Assembly: GCA_002422915.1 (NCBI GenBank)
Contig: DITV01000004.1
Location: 104,261-168,260 of the forward strand
Length of the DNA: 64,000 bases
Source of the DNA: Candidatus Saccharibacteria bacterium UBA6175
GTDB taxonomy: Bacteria; Patescibacteriota; Saccharimonadia; Saccharimonadales; Saccharimonadaceae
Direction: 5' to 3'
The notes beneath the pieces were generated by a model that searched no databases, was not told where the DNA came from, and saw only the letters and a list, made by a program, of their open reading frames with translations. The position numbers and the translations under genes are program-made. Every line of letters begins with the position of its first letter. Position 1 is the first letter of the stretch. Below are positions 59,800 to 64,000 of the stretch, piece by piece.

Positions 59800-61131
59800 A
59801 TGAAAAAAGCAGCGCAAGCACTTGGGGTACTCGATCAATTCTTTATTGGTCTGATGGTTGCCATCTTCGCACTTATTGTGCTCCATGCCCCGCTCACTGT
59901 TTGGCTCGGTACTGTTTTCCCTGATGCAAGCGTGCTGATTAAAGCCTGGAAAGAGCTGCTGATGATTCCGGCTGGCTTCTTGTTGTTGGCTATTGTGTGG
60001 CGCAAGCGTCGATGGGATACTCTGAAAAATCCATTCGTGCTCCTGGCGGCACTATACGTTGCAGTACACCTGGCGCTCATACCATTGTTTTATACAAATG
60101 CCGCCGCGGTGCTCGCTGGCCTTGCGATCGATCTTCGTTATATTGTCTACTTCGTGCTTGCTCTGGTGCTCGTTCAGCTCTATCCAGAGTTTCGCCGATT
60201 TTTCTTAACCGTGTTCTTGGCTGGCGCACTGTTAGTGGGGAGCTTCGCGATGCTTCAGGTATTCTTCTTGCCGGTAGACTTCTTGACGGTACTTGGCTAC
60301 GGCGACCAAACGATTCAGCCATACCTGACGGTCGATCAGAACCCAGAGTATATCCGAATTAGCAGTACGCTCCGTGGGCCGAACCCACTCGGAGCCTATG
60401 CAGTAGTAACACTTGCACTCGCATTTGCCTACCTGTGGCGCCGCCGCCCGCAGCTCACCTGGAAGGTGTCGAGCGTGTTCGCACTCCTGAGTGTTGGCGC
60501 GCTGATCGCTCTTTGGTATAGCTACTCAAGAAGTGCGCTTGTGGCAGCTGTTGCAGCGGTCGCTATTGTCTTTGTACTCACTATCGGCCGAAGGATGCCG
60601 CGCTGGCTGTGGGTAGCCGCCTTTGTCGTTGGCTTCGCCACGCTCGGCGGACTCTACGCTGCGCGCGACACCAGCTTTGTGCAGAATGTGATTCTCCACG
60701 ATAATCCATCCACTGGGCCAGCGGAAACATCAAACGACGGTCACTTGGAGTCGCTGATTGATGGCACCGACCGCAAGCTTCGCCAGCCGCTCGGTGCCGG
60801 CATTGGTAGTACCGGGTCGGCCTCACTCTATACCGACGAACCGGTGATCATCGAGAACCAGTACCTGTTTATTGCGCATGAGTCTGGTTGGGCTGGCGTG
60901 GTCATATTCCTGACGCTCTTCTTGATGATTCTGCATCGCTTGTGGAAGCATCGCCACGACTGGCTTGCGCTTGGGGTGCTCGCCAGCGGTGTTGGCTTGG
61001 CATTGATTGGCCTGCTGCTGCCAGTGTGGGTAGATGATACGGTGTCGATAATTTGGTGGGGTCTGGCAGGCCTCGCGATAGGAGGTACGTATGTCCGAAC
61101 GGTCAACAAAACGTCAAAAAGAACTGCTTGA
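59800..61131 (+). CDS. O-antigen ligase/polymerase-family membrane protein (Wzy_C-like)
   Basis: 443 aa with more than 10 TM helices and a periplasmic loop carrying SRSALVAAV...HDNP...H.ES, as is common in this family. Confidence 0.75.
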   Translation: MKKAAQALGVLDQFFIGLMVAIFALIVLHAPLTVWLGTVFPDASVLIKAWKELLMIPAGFLLLAIVWRKRRWDTLKNPFVLLAALYVAVHLALIPLFYTNAAAVLAGLAIDLRYIVYFVLALVLVQLYPEFRRFFLTVFLAGALLVGSFAMLQVFFLPVDFLTVLGYGDQTIQPYLTVDQNPEYIRISSTLRGPNPLGAYAVVTLALAFAYLWRRRPQLTWKVSSVFALLSVGALIALWYSYSRSALVAAVAAVAIVFVLTIGRRMPRWLWVAAFVVGFATLGGLYAARDTSFVQNVILHDNPSTGPAETSNDGHLESLIDGTDRKLRQPLGAGIGSTGSASLYTDEPVIIENQYLFIAHESGWAGVVIFLTLFLMILHRLWKHRHDWLALGVLASGVGLALIGLLLPVWVDDTVSIIWWGLAGLAIGGTYVRTVNKTSKRTA

Positions 61132-61516
61132 TTTCGTTGACGCGTTTATTCAAGAACACGGCTACGGACCAAGCTATCGAGAAGTGATGACAGGCCTTGG
61201 CTATAAGTCGGTATCGACAGTTGCCATTCACATTGATGGGCTCATCAAAAAAGGCTATCTACGTAAACGCGATAACTCAGCCCGATCACTTGAGGTAGTT
61301 TCGACACAATACAGTGCTGCCGGTGCTGTGAAGGCGCCGAGTGCCGCCAAAGAAAAGTGGCTGGTTGACGAAATCACGCAGCGGTTCTTGCAGTATGAAA
61401 CGAGCCCAAGTGCGCGAACCCTCGATGAACTCTATGTGTTGATTGGTGCACTCAAGATTCTGGGGCTTGAAGGGGCGCATGAAGCTACGAAGGCTCGTTT
61501 GCAAAAGCTGAACTAA
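61091..61516 (+). CDS. LexA N-terminal DNA-binding-domain protein lacking the S24 peptidase domain
   Basis: KRQKELLDFVDAFIQEHGYGPSYREVMTGLGYKSVSTVAIHIDGLIKKGYLRK matches the LexA winged-helix domain. The C-terminal 70 aa carry no Ser/Lys peptidase motifs. GGAGG lies 5 nt upstream. The gene overlaps the preceding gene by 41 nt. Confidence 0.7.
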   Translation: MSERSTKRQKELLDFVDAFIQEHGYGPSYREVMTGLGYKSVSTVAIHIDGLIKKGYLRKRDNSARSLEVVSTQYSAAGAVKAPSAAKEKWLVDEITQRFLQYETSPSARTLDELYVLIGALKILGLEGAHEATKARLQKLN

Positions 61517-61552
61517 GCCTTGCTGTGGTAAAATAAGCAAAAGCAGTTTCTT

Positions 61553-62602
61553 ATGAAAAAAGTCCCCGTCTATCTTGAAGTTCGCGAACCTCCAACGCTA
61601 CGCTGGCGTATTCTTGGCATACTCATAGTGGTGGTGTGCCTTGCTTTTACGTTTGGAATGTGGACATTCATGGAGCGGACGAACGATTCCCTTGCCGCAG
61701 TAAACTTTGACGTGCAAGCCGACCGAGCAATCGATGTGCTCGAGGAGCGGCTGGAGGTATACGGTGATCTTTTGTATGGAGGCCGTGGGCTCTTCTTGCA
61801 AGACCCTGAACTTACTCGCGTCGAGTGGGACACCTTTATGGAGAGCCAAAACCTGTTTGAACGATATCCGGGTATTAATAATATTGCGTACCTAGAGGTA
61901 GCGACACCTGCCGACGCTTCACGAATTGAAAGAGAGCTTAACCAATCAGCTCAGCTGGGAGACCAGTTACCAATTTCACTATACCCCCAGCCGCTGACCG
62001 ACAGATTGGCAGTCGTTACCTACTCAACCACAGTCACCGACGATTATCAGGTGTTGGGGCTGAATGCCTATGGTCGTGAGGCACTTGTTCCTGCCCTAGA
62101 GCTGGCAGCTATTTCGGGACTACCAGAATCAACGGAGGCCTTTAAGTCACGTAATCCTGCTCGTGAGGGAACGAAAGACGTTATCATTTTTCTTGCGGTC
62201 TACGAGAAGGAAATCTCAGCAACTTCCACTGATGCCGAGCGTATTGATGCACTTTCTGGCTATATTGCACTTTCAATTCACCCAGAAACACTTATCAAAC
62301 AGGGGTTGAACGAAATTTCGAGCACCGAACCTGTGAGTGTGCGTGTTGAAACGGTGAATGGTGATCGTATCTATAGTTCCCCAGAAGATATACCTGGTGT
62401 GCGTATTGAAAAGAACATTTCTCTCGATGTTTCTGGCCAAACCTGGAGGTTTACGTTTACCGCTCCAGACTACTATGGCCTGACCCTTCGCGAACGATTT
62501 GCCCCTGGCTTTATGCTCATTGTTGGGCTGATTATTATGATTGGTTTTATGACCTCACACCTCTATGCTGGCGGTGTTCGTGTCCGCAAACGGGGAAGCT
62601 AG
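61553..62602 (+). CDS. CHASE-domain membrane protein without an output domain
   Basis: TM1, then FDVQADRAIDVLEERLEVYGDLLYGGRGLF...VEWDTFMESQNLFERYPGINNIAYLE (CHASE-like), then TM2. Only about 12 cytoplasmic residues follow. Confidence 0.6.
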   Translation: MKKVPVYLEVREPPTLRWRILGILIVVVCLAFTFGMWTFMERTNDSLAAVNFDVQADRAIDVLEERLEVYGDLLYGGRGLFLQDPELTRVEWDTFMESQNLFERYPGINNIAYLEVATPADASRIERELNQSAQLGDQLPISLYPQPLTDRLAVVTYSTTVTDDYQVLGLNAYGREALVPALELAAISGLPESTEAFKSRNPAREGTKDVIIFLAVYEKEISATSTDAERIDALSGYIALSIHPETLIKQGLNEISSTEPVSVRVETVNGDRIYSSPEDIPGVRIEKNISLDVSGQTWRFTFTAPDYYGLTLRERFAPGFMLIVGLIIMIGFMTSHLYAGGVRVRKRGS

Positions 62603-63105
62603 ATAATCGATACCAATACAACCAGGCCCAGGGCGGTTATCGTCACGATGACGGCGGCTCCTGGCATGGCAGCGAGAATTTCTTCACGTTGAATGGCCGC
62701 GGCTTCTGGGGTGAGATTGCTGGTGACTGGTCGAAAGGGAAGCAGGCGCGCACTCTCTGAGCCAAGACTAGCGGTTTCTTCTGAGACGGCTTCTTCTGTC
62801 TGCACGATGCGTGAAGGAAGTCGGGTTGGCGTAGTAGGAGTGCCTTCAACACCCGGGATCGTCGGAATAGGTTCAATGGGATCAATCGGGTCAACTGGGT
62901 CAGGGGGAACCACCACGCCACACTCATCGGGTGTGATATAGATAATAGTGTTCGAGCCGTCGTTTACGACTTGAAAGATGCATTCAAGTGGGAGAATTTG
63001 TTGACGTAAGTTACCGTTAATGGCCTGTGCGGAGGGGGCGAAGGCAAGTAGCGGGAATCCAGCCAAAAAGATGGCGATGACGATCCTGAGGCTTCGTCGC
63101 AACAT
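62599..63105 (-). CDS. hypothetical secreted protein with a C-terminal membrane anchor
   Basis: Signal peptide MLRRSLRIVIAIFLAGFPLLAFAPSAQA, a Pro-rich centre, and a C-terminal TM. ATG at 63105 is preferred to the track start at 63222. Confidence 0.5.
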   Translation of the reverse strand: MLRRSLRIVIAIFLAGFPLLAFAPSAQAINGNLRQQILPLECIFQVVNDGSNTIIYITPDECGVVVPPDPVDPIDPIEPIPTIPGVEGTPTTPTRLPSRIVQTEEAVSEETASLGSESARLLPFRPVTSNLTPEAAAIQREEILAAMPGAAVIVTITALGLVVLVSII

Positions 63106-63109
63106 TCGG

Positions 63110-64000
63110 TTACTCCGACTTTGGCGGAACTTTGATCTTCTGGCCTGGTTCCAGGCTGTATGGTGCGCGAATCTTATTAGATCGAGCCAGTGTCTTCCAC
63201 GAGACGTGCTTATTCTTAGCAATCTTCTGGAGCGTATCGCCTTCTTTTACTTCGTAGAGCCGCCAGTACTTGGCAACTTTTCGTTTGTGAAGCAGGTTGC
63301 GAATGCCGAAGACGATACCGGCTGCAACAAGTGCAAGTGCGATGAGCTGGATGAGTGCTGCGGCCGGAGCCGGTGCGATGTAGACATATGACGAGCTGCC
63401 ACTGACCGTTTGACGAGGTGCCGCACTATCTTCACCGATGCTGTCATTGACATTATCATTGTATTCAGCCACTACGTCAGCTCGGTACAAACCTCCCCAG
63501 AAGGGTGAGGTAAATTCGTAGTTCCAGCTGGCTGTTGAGCCGGCAATAACGGGGTAGGTGCCTTCTTTGGAGTCGGCGGGAATGCCGAATAATGACGTGA
63601 GAGTTACCGTAATATTGGTATCGAGGGAAACGTTACCACTGTTTCTAATTGATGGTGTTGCAGTGTAGAGCTTACCGTCTGAAGGGCTTGGTGCCAGCGT
63701 GACGCCAGCAATGCTGAGGCCTTTGACGATTTCGCCAGGAACAGTGACTGCTACTCGAATTGCTGATCGGAAGCTCAACACGACACCGCCTCCTTGTTCA
63801 GGTGCTTCGGTGGCGGCAGTATCTTGCATGGTAATACAGCCGCTTTGCTCACCTACATTGGCAGAATCGGGGGCTGTGATGGTGAAGTTAACAACTGCCG
63901 ACTTGCCTGGCGCAACCGTAACTGTGTCTTTCTCGAGCGTTATCCAGCGCCCAACACTTACCTTAGGTTCATTCGCTTGCGCACAGGCAAAGGCTCCATC
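63110..64000 (-). CDS. surface protein with Ig-like/DUF916-like region, TM segment and C-terminal LysM domain (5' end outside window)
   Basis: I checked that the frame stays open from 63829 to nt 64000. C-terminal LysM: YEVKEGDTLQKIAKNKHVSWKTLARSNKI...PGQKIKVP. Confidence 0.7.
   Translation of the reverse strand, partial: DGAFACAQANEPKVSVGRWITLEKDTVTVAPGKSAVVNFTITAPDSANVGEQSGCITMQDTAATEAPEQGGGVVLSFRSAIRVAVTVPGEIVKGLSIAGVTLAPSPSDGKLYTATPSIRNSGNVSLDTNITVTLTSLFGIPADSKEGTYPVIAGSTASWNYEFTSPFWGGLYRADVVAEYNDNVNDSIGEDSAAPRQTVSGSSSYVYIAPAPAAALIQLIALALVAAGIVFGIRNLLHKRKVAKYWRLYEVKEGDTLQKIAKNKHVSWKTLARSNKIRAPYSLEPGQKIKVPPKSE

Overview
64-kb chromosomal window with a backbone of about 50% GC. Gene content fits a reduced-genome, Gram-positive-type bacterium, most consistent with Patescibacteria/CPR (Saccharibacteria-like). 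That placement is inference from gene content and was not verified by any search.

Layout:
1. 1-5.6 kb: housekeeping genes (tsaD fragment, FemAB-family transferase, valS, rlmH, HIT hydrolase).
2. 5.6-9.3 kb: accessory patch. A stand-alone ~300-aa reverse transcriptase is preceded by a 255-nt module bounded by an inverted repeat (retron-like layout). Next comes an ORF-poor spacer, then a ~2.1-kb high-GC block carrying only a large serine recombinase. That block abuts the 3' end of tRNA-Ser(CGA).
3. 9.3-13.9 kb: small genes, tRNA-Arg(GCG), tRNA-Ser(GCT), tRNA-Ser(TGA), comFC and hsp20.
4. 12.1-28.7 kb: a type IV secretion-like locus. It has six VirB2/TrbC-like small hydrophobic pilin paralogs, a lipoprotein, a 1154-aa VirB6-like polytopic protein, a PrgI/VirB3-like protein and a VirB4 ATPase. 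It also has a 972-aa protein with a putative LAS/M15-like C-terminus and a lysozyme plus papain-like hydrolase. No relaxase or coupling protein lies in the window.
5. 28.7-34.8 kb: replication origin neighbourhood (recF-dnaN-dnaA divergent from rpmH-rnpA-yidC-jag) with DnaA boxes.
6. 34.8-61.1 kb: a large cell-envelope glycan supercluster. It holds GT2/GT4 enzymes, GtrA, galE, a Wzm/Wzt-type ABC exporter, a pyruvyl-transferase fusion, rfbA, fused rfbCD, rfbB, glmS, a priming sugar transferase and an O-antigen-ligase-like protein. It is interrupted by sucCD and by a low-GC orphan nuclease-like gene, and it contains an ~11-kb low-GC block.
7. 61.1-64 kb: a LexA-N-domain-only protein, a CHASE-only membrane sensor and secreted/LysM proteins.

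No CRISPR array, rRNA or IS element was seen. Many ORF-track entries are antisense or nested artefacts, especially in the high-GC block. The most interesting candidates are the RT/non-coding module, the recombinase insertion beside it, and the relaxase-less T4SS with its pilin array.
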